Shown here in pieces: positions 14,601 to 26,172 of a stretch of DNA of 64,000 nt. The first letter of the stretch is position 1; each line of letters starts with the position of its first letter. Position numbers and translations under genes: made by a program. Source of the DNA: Trichoplax adhaerens (lineage: Eukaryota; Animalia; Placozoa); assembly GCF_000150275.1 (NCBI RefSeq), contig NW_002060948.1, positions 829,983-893,982 on the forward strand. The letters run 5' to 3'. The notes beneath the pieces were generated by a model. That model was not told the DNA's origin, ran no database searches, and worked only from the letters and a program-made list of their open reading frames with translations.

Positions 14601-17600
14601 TATTAAAAGGATATACATGTCGTTATAGTTTTAACATGTAATAAAGGATATTACAACATTTTAAGAGGAATTATGATAAAATCCGAGATACTAATTTAAT
14701 TTATTTCCATGAGATTCAATTAGTAGTTACAGTTATTCTAGTTACTTATTAAAGGCTTCAACTTCCAATTTACGACTTTCATAACAACTACGTTTAATAA
14801 CTTCATTTAAAACAGCTCGCGCTCTGCTATCTTCTACTGTCTGGTTGTAATGCGTAACATCGTTATTCCGATGTAGATTTATTTCTCTAACCTAAACGAC
14901 ATAAACGAATAATTATAATACATTTCATAGCGTCTTATAAACATTGAAACATCTTCTATATTTAAACAAATTATAAGATTCTCTTGCTACAAGTGATGGT
15001 GGTGTTACTTGTAATTGGGTTATTCCACATTTAATGCCAATGTCGGTTAAGATTGTTTCTGTAGCTAACATTGCCTATTAATCATGAATGAAAGAGGGAA
15101 TAACATGACCATTGCTAGATACAAGACGAATTTTACCTTACATCAGTTCTTTAACACAGTTAAACTATATTCTTTCTTATTTAATGTAGGAAAATAGTAT
15201 ATTTTGTATATGTAAAAGATAGAATTCAAAGATATAAGTATTACTTGAGGTGATCCAAATCCTCTAAAGCCTGTATTGGATGGAATATTAGTTTTGCACA
15301 GATAACCAATAATTTCAACATTGGGAATATGATAGCAACTAAGACAGGTTAATATTGATCTTCCCATAACCTGCAAAGGGAAGTAAATATTACAGTGTTA
15401 CTCAAATAACTATTAAACGAGCCTTATTTATAAATAATGGTATATGCATGAGATATCTTCAGGCAGTAGGATAAACTAGCTATTCCTTTAATTACCCCAT
15501 GTGATACATCCCGTGTATTGCCACTGTTGGAATACATTTTCATTTTTAGGGCATTAATAACCCCATCATTGTTAAATCCAACCTACAGAAAAACACTTCA
15601 TGAAATTCTAGTTCGAAATTAGAAAAATTCTTGGTCATATTCATTATACCTTATATTTAAACATATAGGGATGCCTCGTTCCTGTTATAGACATATCGGT
15701 ATCTCTGTCTAAAACGCATCGAACAGGCCTTTTTGTTCTAAATTAGATGAGAAAAATTCCATAGAGCCAGATAGAAATCGTTTTTAATCTGGCTTTACTA
15801 CATAAGAACTTCTTCAGTCCTATAGTTAATCATTTTTATTTAAGCTTATAGATAATATTACGATAACTACCGTATTATTTTACTCACTTCTGAGCTGCAA
15901 TAGCACTTGCTACAGCTATAGGAATTCCACGCATATCCTTACCGCCAAATCCACCACCTATATAATATATTGCGAAAGCTTAGTATTAACAGAGTGCCGA
16001 TTCGATTACGTTTTGTTTTAGACCATGATGTTTAGTACCTATACTTATATAAGAATAGCATAATACCTAGACGCTTAACTCTACAAATCACCCTATTCGA
16101 AGGAACACCCAAAGCTTTAGCAACCGATTTTTGCGTACCAGAAGGATCTTGAGTTGATGAAAAAATTTCCATTTCTCCACTTTCTGCCTTAGGCAATGCT
16201 ACACATGATTGCGTTTCGAAGTAAAAATGTTCCTTGATATTGTAAAATAATTTATAATTGAATAATTAATTAGCGGTATGATTTCGACAAGGATATTTAG
16301 AAATACAAGTTACGTAACTAATGCGTAGATCATGTATTTATAAATGATAAAGATTTTGAATAAGATACGTAAAATATGTAGCTCATTCGGAAATCGTTTA
16401 AATTTATAGAATATTATCTAGTGAAAAGGTTAACTGTACCCACCTGGCCACCTACTGTAAATTCCCCCTCTATCGTTTTTTGTGATAACGTCAATTCACG
16501 CTCTACATCTCCTTTTCTAATTTGACGTGTTGGAGAGTAAAACGATTCTGCCGCTATTGCTTTCTGGATTAAAATAGATTAACGCAGAGTTACAATACGG
16601 CAAGATGTAATTGATACTTCTAGAGTGTAAGTCCTATTGTTATATGCTACTAAATTACAATGACGATAGATAGCATAATGTTTACCTCGATCGTTAGAAT
16701 AACTGGTAAATCTTCATATTCTATTTGTACAGCTTTGGCAGCTCTATTGGCATTATCTCTTGTATCAGCTAGGATTAATCCAATTAAGTGGCCTATGCAG
16801 GTAACCTAAACGTTTATATTAAATTATTAAAACTTATGAGATCAGTAAGCTAATATCAATGAAGATTAGTAGCATATATCGGCCAACTATAACTTTATAA
16901 GTATTAAATGTGTAGCTAAAAATATCTTGTTATTAGCAGCAGGTTACCAAAATAAAACTTAAATTTTTTTACCTAAATAATTTTAAGCAATTCACTTCTG
17001 TGCATAATTCATATAGGACGTATATTTTAATTAAACAAGTTATCAGTAAATAAAGGATTGCAACGTACCTCCTCTGTAGCGAAAATTTCCTCTCCGTATT
17101 CGATACATCCGCGATTGCAACCGGGTTTTATGTCATTAGCGCCAACATAATCGTACACGCCAGGCATGGATATCGCATCTTCATAATTTATTGACCTAGA
17201 ATAAAGGATCCACGATTGAATTGCTGTAAAGCTGTTATATTCTAAAGTACACGTTTAAACTACTGATAACTGACGTTGATACTTAATGAAATGCATTTCC
17301 TAATTCATAGTACATCACAAAATTACTTACCTAATTTTTGCGTGTGCATTCGTGCTTAAGACTAATCCGGCAAATAATTCATCTGTTTTAAAACATCAGA
17401 TTGAATATCGTTTTATTAGATGTACTTTTTGTATTCATATGCGATATCTTATTAGAGTGGATGCTTTATGATTTTTTACTAGAGTATTTAGGCATATCAT
17501 CGCAGTAAATAGCTTCTCCTGTAGCTTGTTTCATAGCAGAGGTATGCACCATGGGTTTTCTCATGGAACTGTGTTCTTGTTGACTACAATCTGACTTCTA

Positions 17601-20600
17601 CTCATGTTAACCATGAAATAAATAAAGAATAAGTACCGTATAAAGATATAAGATGAAATAAATGAAATTTTAGCAGACGTGATGCATTTAGTTATAATCT
17701 AGCTACAAAATTCGTCGCCATGGTAATTATTTTGGAACACTGAAAAGCAAGATATCGAACTACTAAAATATAGATTAACTGGATCTTATTAATTAAATTC
17801 AATATTCGGGTTATAATCTTAATTCTGAGCTATTTTCTACAGAATAATTCGGCAAATACATTCACATATTTAAATTAAAAATATCAATGATACCTCAAAT
17901 TCTTGATAGCCTTGAAAACGATTATGTTTAAAAACTGAAGCTGCACTTAAATAACTAGGCGGTATTCCTATATTTAGAAGTTCCTATAATTGTAAAATAT
18001 TCGCCCATTATTTACTACTGGTGATCATATTCATTTGATAAATTGATTTTGGATAATTCTGAGAAAGTTTATTTATCCCGTTAGAGTACGTAGATCGATA
18101 TCACTTATCGACTAAGTTTAGTAGTAATATCTAAGTGATACAGGTAATTACCACAATATGTTTCTATTACCTCAGAAGAGAGCAACTGAGACGAAACCAT
18201 CAGATAAAATTTCAAAAAGAAACTAGGGGCTAATATTTTCCTATATTCTACCATTCCTCCAGGAGTAGAAAACGCTAAAGGCATATCTTTACTTAGCAGT
18301 TGAATAACGATATCGGTCAAATTTTCATTCCATTCTCTAAATATTATATTAATTATAAGGATAAAAGCGTATGAATCACTTCATTTCTTCTTAACATTTT
18401 ATAAATTACATCTCGTTCTCTGTCTGTATACCCGATGTCGCAATATCTTATAAGCAATAATGTTAATGTCATAATATTACGCAAGCGATATTAAAACTGA
18501 GTAATTTCGAACACTTTGAAATACATATTTATGACTAATGACATTAAAAGTGTAAACACAATTTTGAAGGGCTTCATGGCCTAAAAAAATATAGAAGTCA
18601 ACTTTTGTAATTCTTTGTGTACCTGCCAACCAGGAAATCGCTAGTTTTACGAGCAATAATAGTAATTGGCGCCATACCACCGAAACTTAGTGTACAATCT
18701 CTAATAATATAATTACATCGAAGTGAATTTTTTTCTAGAGCCACCCTCATCCCTGCATTAACTATGGTAATATCGTCAGAACGTCGTCGAGCTTGTTTAA
18801 ATCCATGAAAATATTCATTCTAAAAGTTCACATCCAAACGTAATTATAAAGTTTATGCATATTGTATGTGATCGGTTGCGTGCCATAATATTGGGTTAGT
18901 AGCAATTTTACTATTAAGGAATAGAAACTTTGCACTTGTACCTGAGAAGTGTATGGAATAAGTATTGATTCGATTATTTCATCAGGTTTAAGACAAGTTT
19001 TTCGATATCCAGTAAAAAAAGATTCATCCATAATCATAATTTTTCTTTCACCTTAAAAATGTCAAGATAATGGTGAACAATGATAATATTTTTGAACAAC
19101 ATATGTAGTCTTTAATTAAATTTCAGGCCTATAAGTGATGCATTTAGTGAAATTGCATATCAATACACGGTAGTTCAGTGCAATATAAATATAATAATGT
19201 ATGATTCTGAAACTTCCACACTTCTTACCTTCAGCTGATTGAATGTACAATCTCGACTTTGACGCCAGAAGTAAAGGATTTAAATCAGAAATTGGACTTG
19301 CGGTCACGATATTGCCAGCGATACTCTAAAAAAATTTATAACGTCTGCTATAATTTTATTTGTAAACGTTACAAAGATTCATATCCTTTTATCGTTGTAT
19401 TCGGGATAAATAGGTCAATATCTGAAGCTAATAACAACTTGCTATTAATTACTGTCTTGATAACGATTAAACTACGGTGATAGCGAACAAAAATAATACA
19501 TACGCCGACATTTCTAACTTGATGGCCTGCAAACCAGCGTAACATCTCCACAATTGCTGCAAATGTCCTCGTCTTATATTCTGTTTTATAAAATATCGTT
19601 TCACTAAGATTTTACTTTACATCAGCTAATTAAATATTATCTATTTATACAATTAGATTAAAATATTTATGGTGTATATGTTTTAAAAGTAATGTACCAT
19701 TACTAGTAAATATATCACATTCAACTAAATGCTTTACAATACAGTACTATGAATTTAGTGATTTTGATGTTTAAAATTTAGTGTTGCAGTCTAATGATCG
19801 TGCTGATACAAATCTTTGCAATTTGGCCTACTAAATAAGTATACACACTACGGTACATACCTGGTAACTTATCTATAGCATCATTCATTATTTCATTTAA
19901 TTTTGTTAGTGTAATACACCCTCCAATTTCAATTCCTTCTGCAGTGTGCTTAACTATATTTAATTCTGGGATTTCAGTGGGGCTAATTATAACTGGGTAG
20001 TGAAGTCCTTTGAATTTCATTTCTATTCCTGCAAATTATCAAATAAACGATTATACCGTAAACTAGATCTAATATAACTACTGTAACTATCGTAATATTA
20101 GAAATGTATTATTTAAAGGTAAATGACCGTTTCGTAAGAAATCTTAAAAAAACAGTAATACCAACCGACTTCTGTATTTCCAACTACCAACTTCGCCCTA
20201 GGATATTTTTTTTTAAGTAACAATAATTCTTCCAGAGAGCTTGGTCTAAACCAAGTCATAGTGTTACCAACAATACGCAAGCTTTCTACTGGCATATCTC
20301 TCGTAATCTATAAGTACAAAAATGGTAATATGAAGATCGGTACAATGAAACACTCTTTCTTAGTATCGTAAAATTGCCACACCATTAGTTCTGGCGGAAA
20401 AATTAATTCCTGAGATGGATCATATGCCGAAAAGCTTGATAGGTTGTATAACTTGTTATCCATATTATTCTATCGTGATGTAAGTTATAAAAATATGAAT
20501 ATATAAATTAAATTGCAATCAGTAAATCTAAAGCAAACGGTATTAATGTATTAAATTTCCTGGTCATCGATTCGAATGTGTAAAAGTACATTAAAGAAAT

Positions 20601-23119
20601 AACTTTTATTTGAGGCGTTTACTATTGTACTACTACTGTACTTACCTTTAGAGTTTGGGATTCAGTTTCAATCTTTTCTTTCTGACAGCAGTAACTCTAA
20701 TAAGAAATAAAGTTAGGCTTCGCAATTAGTATCTACGTTGTCATTCTTTGTTATTAACAAAATTATGTTAGCATTCTATCGCGATATTTATAGTTTGAAT
20801 TAGGTAATAGCGATCTTAAAAAAGTGTCACTCAACATACTTTGCTAAAGGTTTTATATCCATCTAATATCGGTCGATAGCCCGTACATCGGCATAGATTA
20901 CCTAGAACCCATTAGTTTTAGATAGAGATTATTTTACATATGGTAAGCTTATTCCATCATAAGTGTGGCAAGAGTTTAAAAAATGAAGTATGAATACAAG
21001 TGTAAGAATTAGGTAGAAGCAATAATTACTAATGTATTCTATGTTGAGCAATGATCATATTTTTATAGTGAAGTAAACTAAGGTTAGAAGGTTAAATATC
21101 ACATTTTATCTGGCCTTATAATTTAAGTGGCTGACTGTACAGAATAAGATGCTATAAGATGTTGCTCTATTGATCTATTAGTACAAACTTGAACAGGCTT
21201 CTTCAATCTCTTCTTCTGTTGGCTCCGGATTATTTCGTAATAGAGCATACATAGACATAGCAAACCCAGGAGTACAAAATCCGCACTGAGATCCATGTGC
21301 TTTAGCAATACGTTCCTAATATGAGTGATGACATCAAGTAGTGTAAAGAATCCTGTTTACTTCCTAATATTCTAATCTACATTATTATACAGTCGCAGCA
21401 TATACATGGCCATTTCAGTTGGAATTATATTCTAAATTTAAAGATTATTGAGCAGTCAATATATTAGCATCAGAATCCTAATCGTGTAAACACGATGAAC
21501 CTCGGGATTGATATACTATTTGATTCTTGACTAAAATATTATCAAAAAACAGCCTATTTACTGAGATGGCTATGTATGTGTTATGCATCCGGCCAATAAT
21601 TTCACTAATGATTCTTACAATGTAGTATATGCATAAAGTATTCAGGGACTTCCAGAAACCTATCGTGTATTACTAATAAACTATACTTTAGTTTATAACC
21701 TTTGCGAGTATTATTGAGGCTGTTAATATCGTTTCGAAGAGAAGTACTGGGTGCATCATCTTTTATAGATAATATTTACATGACTAGTTTGTACTTACGA
21801 CTATCATCAGGCGGATATATGAGGAAATGATGAGATTTGTTGCAGCATTTATCGATTATATATATTACTATTTGTTGCATTACCAAGTTAGAAAAGTATT
21901 TGTGCTTATCAGTTACCTGTACAGGATGTAATTTAGATTCCATATTCCCAATTCCTTCTATTGTAGTTACAGCGGTATGATGCAAGATGCATAATGGGGT
22001 AAGACAAGAATTAACAGCGTAATGACTGATATTAATTTAAAGAAAACAAGTCCAAAATATCAAAGCTAGATTACGAATTAGGTGATTGTATTTATTACAA
22101 CTGTAACAATGCAGTAGTATACTTAGTAGATATATATATAATATATATATATATGAAGCAGATCGCATTTTAAAATTTGCATACTAGATATATTAAATTA
22201 TATGTTCTACAAATAATGTTAATACTGTTTATCGGATACATGATCTTCTTTTCGTATCGATGATATTTCGATACTACAACAGTACAAGCTCCACATCCAC
22301 CTTCTCCACATACTAGTTTGGTTCCAGTTAATTTTACTAATGGTTTATTTAAGGAACTAATAAGATTCGGGATTGATATCAGACATATCAGATTACATAG
22401 AAGAGATTACGACTTCCAGTCTTTAAAGATTCCTTCTAGCGCAATACAGATAAGTACCGTAGGATACAAACTAGAGCAATATATAATTATAGATGTGTGT
22501 TATATGCCACGTGCATACCCACGCAATGAATAAGATTAGTAGGCATAGATTTCTAGACTTGTAGACATCACATGTCTGGAAGTCCTTGATATTAGATTCT
22601 ATTTCTGTACTTCTAGCAAAACTTACCTAAAAAAGTGGTTACTATATCTAATATACATACAGCACTTGAACAAAAGGCATCATGCATTTTGTATATTCGT
22701 GTTTCACTACTAACATTACATCAATTAAAATCAGCGTGATGAAATAAATATCAGATTTTATACTATTGATATTTAAAAGTATTGGAATAAGAAACTTCCG
22801 TAAAATTAAATCTGTGCAAGCCGTTATTTTAGCTTTTGAATAGAATGAATCTGCCATGAGATCATTTTCTCTTTCTCTCTCTTAAGTAATTAAGTCAGAA
22901 TGACTTGATAGACTCTCGTCCTAATATGGTAGTATATCTACACGAATTCTACAGTCTTAGCTCGATCAATGATGACTCAGTTTTTAACTTATGGATAAAA
23001 ATTAAATTTGATGTGAGATTGGCATTAATACCGTAATTTAGAAATTAGTTAAAGACTTTTACTTTAACATTTTCATAAAGATGACTAGAGATGATAAACT
23101 ATGGCAACGTACAGCAGTG

Positions 23120-23154
<35 letters not shown>

Positions 23155-25279
23155 TACTGTTTCTCTTTACATGATACTACATATTCGAGGTAGGACAGTT
23201 TAGTAAGGATGGAATAGTTGCGATATACAGTACTAAATTTGGTCGAACCTATACCTAGATTTAGAAATTGTACCTTCATTACTGTAACATAAAAATAACA
23301 TGGTTCTTTGTAAGGAATATTTGTTAAACTAATATAATAAAGCATACGATCAAATGGAAGTCATTCATACTGTAACAATAACAATATTTATTAAATATGG
23401 TTAAATCTTTTCGCTAACCATGAATCAGTGATATTGTAGGGATATTAGAAAGTATCAATTTGGTGAATTACCTTACTCCATTATTTCCTAATAAATTCAA
23501 TACTACTTATTCTTATTAATGCTTTTCCAGATACTGTATTTGTCTTATTTACGCTGCTGTATGACAATCGATAATTGTAGTTGAGGACTAGCACTGTTAC
23601 TATTAGCTTTGAAAATAAACAATCAGATTTGTTCCTGATCATGTTTATGACACTGTAAAAGATTATGTTTTACCAGGCTATCGAACTGTCATATATCTTG
23701 TGCATAACGAGAGCTATTACCTTTTGATCATTTTGAACAGCGAAACATGAATTTTTCTGTATAAAGTCGATGAGTAGCTAAAATCATTACTAGTATTTGG
23801 TAAATAAAAAGAGATTATTTGTATAGCTGCATTCTTATGTCGGTAGGATTATTGGAATGTACTGTTTAAAAATCTTGAAATCATTGGCAGTAGGTGAATT
23901 AAAAATGTGCTGTGAACTGATGTGGCTTTAAAATAATATACAGGGTTCTGTTGTAAACCATTCATGAATTTGCTCGCGTACTGGAGATAATGCAAATAAT
24001 TTTCATGTATCTTCCTGTGTTAAAATAAAAATAATTACTTTTACATTTTAGTACGTCATAAGACATTCCCATTTTACAGTGTACAGTACATACGTGTTTA
24101 TTATACGTACTGTACAGTACAACTTATTTCGAAATATTTAAAACTGCTGGTATTTTTGCTACCTAATTGGGTAATTTATATAGTCTGATGAAATTTTTCT
24201 TCTACATGGCAATGAATTAAAAACTGACGTAAACGTATTTACGGACGAAACCTTACTATCTACCACATCATTATCGTCGTCTACTTTGCATTTTAATAAC
24301 GTAAAAAATGAGCCATCGGTGTATCGTTGTCATTTATGAGGAAGGAGTTATATAAATGTAGTGCAGCCCCAAATGAGCTTAAGATTAAAAATTATTTAGA
24401 CATTTTACACAATCTAACAAAGAAACATTCAATTCATCTATTTTTGTACAATCCTATAAATTTTAGTCTTGAGCCCATTTGGAGCTACACTACAACGAAT
24501 TAATAATAATGTGCCAATATTTCGTAAATCGAAGGATCGATAGGTAGCGTACATGATGGATCATAAATGTAGATGTAAAATGAAAATAAAAATCAGCGAA
24601 TACTGATGAAATTAAAAGCAAAGTGAATCTATTCGCTATATTAATTAAAAATATTCTACTTAAACGTGAAGAGGATACATTGATCGCGCAGGAAACTCAA
24701 CAACGTCCATTCCGGTTGTACATTGTCTGTAACATACTAGAAAAGGGTTGGAATATTTTATAAGACATTTTTTTAATCCAGCTTAGATACAGAAGAATAC
24801 GTCTACTCTACCTATCATGTCTTTACTAGTATATATTGTCAATTTTGTTAACTAGACAAAGAGGATTTATTTCGAACATTTCTTATATCCAATATCGACG
24901 TGTTTTAACATTCTTGTTATTTCATTACAGCGAAAACTACATTACTCAATGATATTACTAAAGGCGATACGTAAAAGTAATCGTTTCCCTTAAGTTTATC
25001 GTAGCCATATTGAATATATTTTTGTCATCCATAGTACTGTATACTGTCGTTTACAATAGTTTGAGTTAATCTATCATACAATCTAAGATGTTAAGAGTGA
25101 GGCTGTAGCTTCCAATCATGATTATTACTATCAGTGATTTCCATTTACCATTATATCTAAAGACGTCTACCATTGAATTGATATATCTACTATCTTGTCT
25201 ATTATCAAGGTTAATTTTGTTTAGTCATGTATCTTACCTTAACGCCATTCACGTAAATCAAAATTTTCGATCCAGTCAT
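11699..25279 (-). CDS. XDH: Xanthine dehydrogenase/oxidase-family molybdo-flavoenzyme, ~35 exons
   Basis: Exon1 25279-25238 [14 protein letters not shown]; exon2 24736-24679; exon3 22336-22240 [16 protein letters not shown] (2Fe-2S); [11 protein letters not shown] and [11 protein letters not shown]; FAD domain KLVVGNTEV and [10 protein letters not shown]; Moco domain [29 protein letters not shown]; last exon [18 protein letters not shown] (11699). Confidence 0.93.
22026..22239 (-). other. Probable or degenerate U12-type intron, XDH intron 3
   Basis: Donor |GTATCCGAT; 3' end TTTCTTTAAATTAATATCAG|. Confidence 0.5.
23125..23151. repeat. (TA)n microsatellite
   Basis: About 13 TA units in XDH intron 2. 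Shorter runs occur near 22130-22153, 28943-28957 and 45116-45131. Confidence 0.9.
24357..24494. mobile_element. Decayed MITE-like foldback element in XDH intron 2
   Basis: 34-bp arms: tgtagtgcagccccaaatgagcttaagattaaaa versus the reverse complement of the right arm, tgtagtgtagctccaaatgggctcaagactaaaa. Five mismatches, all transitions. Confidence 0.7.
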
Positions 25280-25919
25280 AGTTCAGCAATATTTTCCGGC
25301 AGTAAATTATGATCAATAAAATTAGCTTTTAAGGATATTCTGCTTTGTTTCCTCAACAGTGAACGACTTTTTATTTCTTCAGAAAAAGACGATGTAAAAA
25401 CAAGAATATGAATGAGTTTCTTACCCTTTTTCACATTACGAAGTAGTACAATAATGAAAACCATGCTAGTAATTACTAACAATCCTTGGGTCGATTGATG
25501 ATATATATTTTAATGTTGATCATCTGTATCATGATCGGCAACGAATGTTTTAATTTCACTGTGTATATGTAGATCAATATTATACCTATTTCAATTTTTG
25601 AGTTGGATTATGATCAATATTGTCCTATGCAGTAGTGTTAAATACGGTTTAGATCGAATATCAATCGTTACGGTGTTTTAAAGGGTATGTGGAGCCATAT
25701 CCCAGAAAGAGACGAATTACTTTAACATACTGTAAGAATTTTTACCTACACGCTAAAATTGGATCTCCCTTATCCTTTACGAATGGTGTTATGTCAAAGC
25801 TTGATCAATCCGATTAGTTATTGTTTATCGCTTTTAGTCATCAGTCACTTTGACTCCGGTAAAGCTATGCAACTTTATAATTATTATTGTATTATTCTAA
25901 TGTTATACTATAATAATAC

Positions 25920-26172
25920 AACTAGAGGCCTAGAGAAATTCTCTAGGGTACCTGGAGTACACCCCCAGCTAGCGCACAAGTACAATCTCAATGTTTACAT
26001 AGTTATTGTTTTTATTGCATCATGAATTTATGACGCATTAAACATTACAGAATGAAATTCGTTTCGCAATTCAATTAGAGTGCAGTATTGCACTGAGCTA
26101 ACAAGCCTCTCCTCTACTGCAGTACTGGAGCTGACGAAATGCTTTAGTAGAACAATAATAATAATAATAAAT
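25920..26172. mobile_element. Candidate non-autonomous Helentron/DINE-1-like element
   Basis: Starts aactagagg with the palindrome cctagagaa-a-ttctctagg and ends with the hairpin tactggagc...gctttagta followed by (AAT)n. Only one copy is visible. Confidence 0.3.

Larger units (their letters stand above)
22337..24678 (-). other. U12-type (minor spliceosome) GT-AG intron, XDH intron 2
   Basis: Donor |GTATCCTCTT. Branch site TTCCTTAAAT ends 10 nt before the exon (TTCCTTAAATAAACCATTAG|) with no polypyrimidine tract. Confidence 0.85.

Noticed and set aside
22648-22857. [11 protein letters not shown]... as XDH N-terminus
   Set aside because: No XDH similarity. The true exons 1-2 are at 25279-25238 and 24736-24679.
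23849-24300. Nested two-exon ORF in XDH intron 2 (...DYINYPIR|[11 protein letters not shown]...STFQ*)
   Set aside because: Splice signals are plausible, but there is no in-frame start or upstream acceptor and no recognisable homology.
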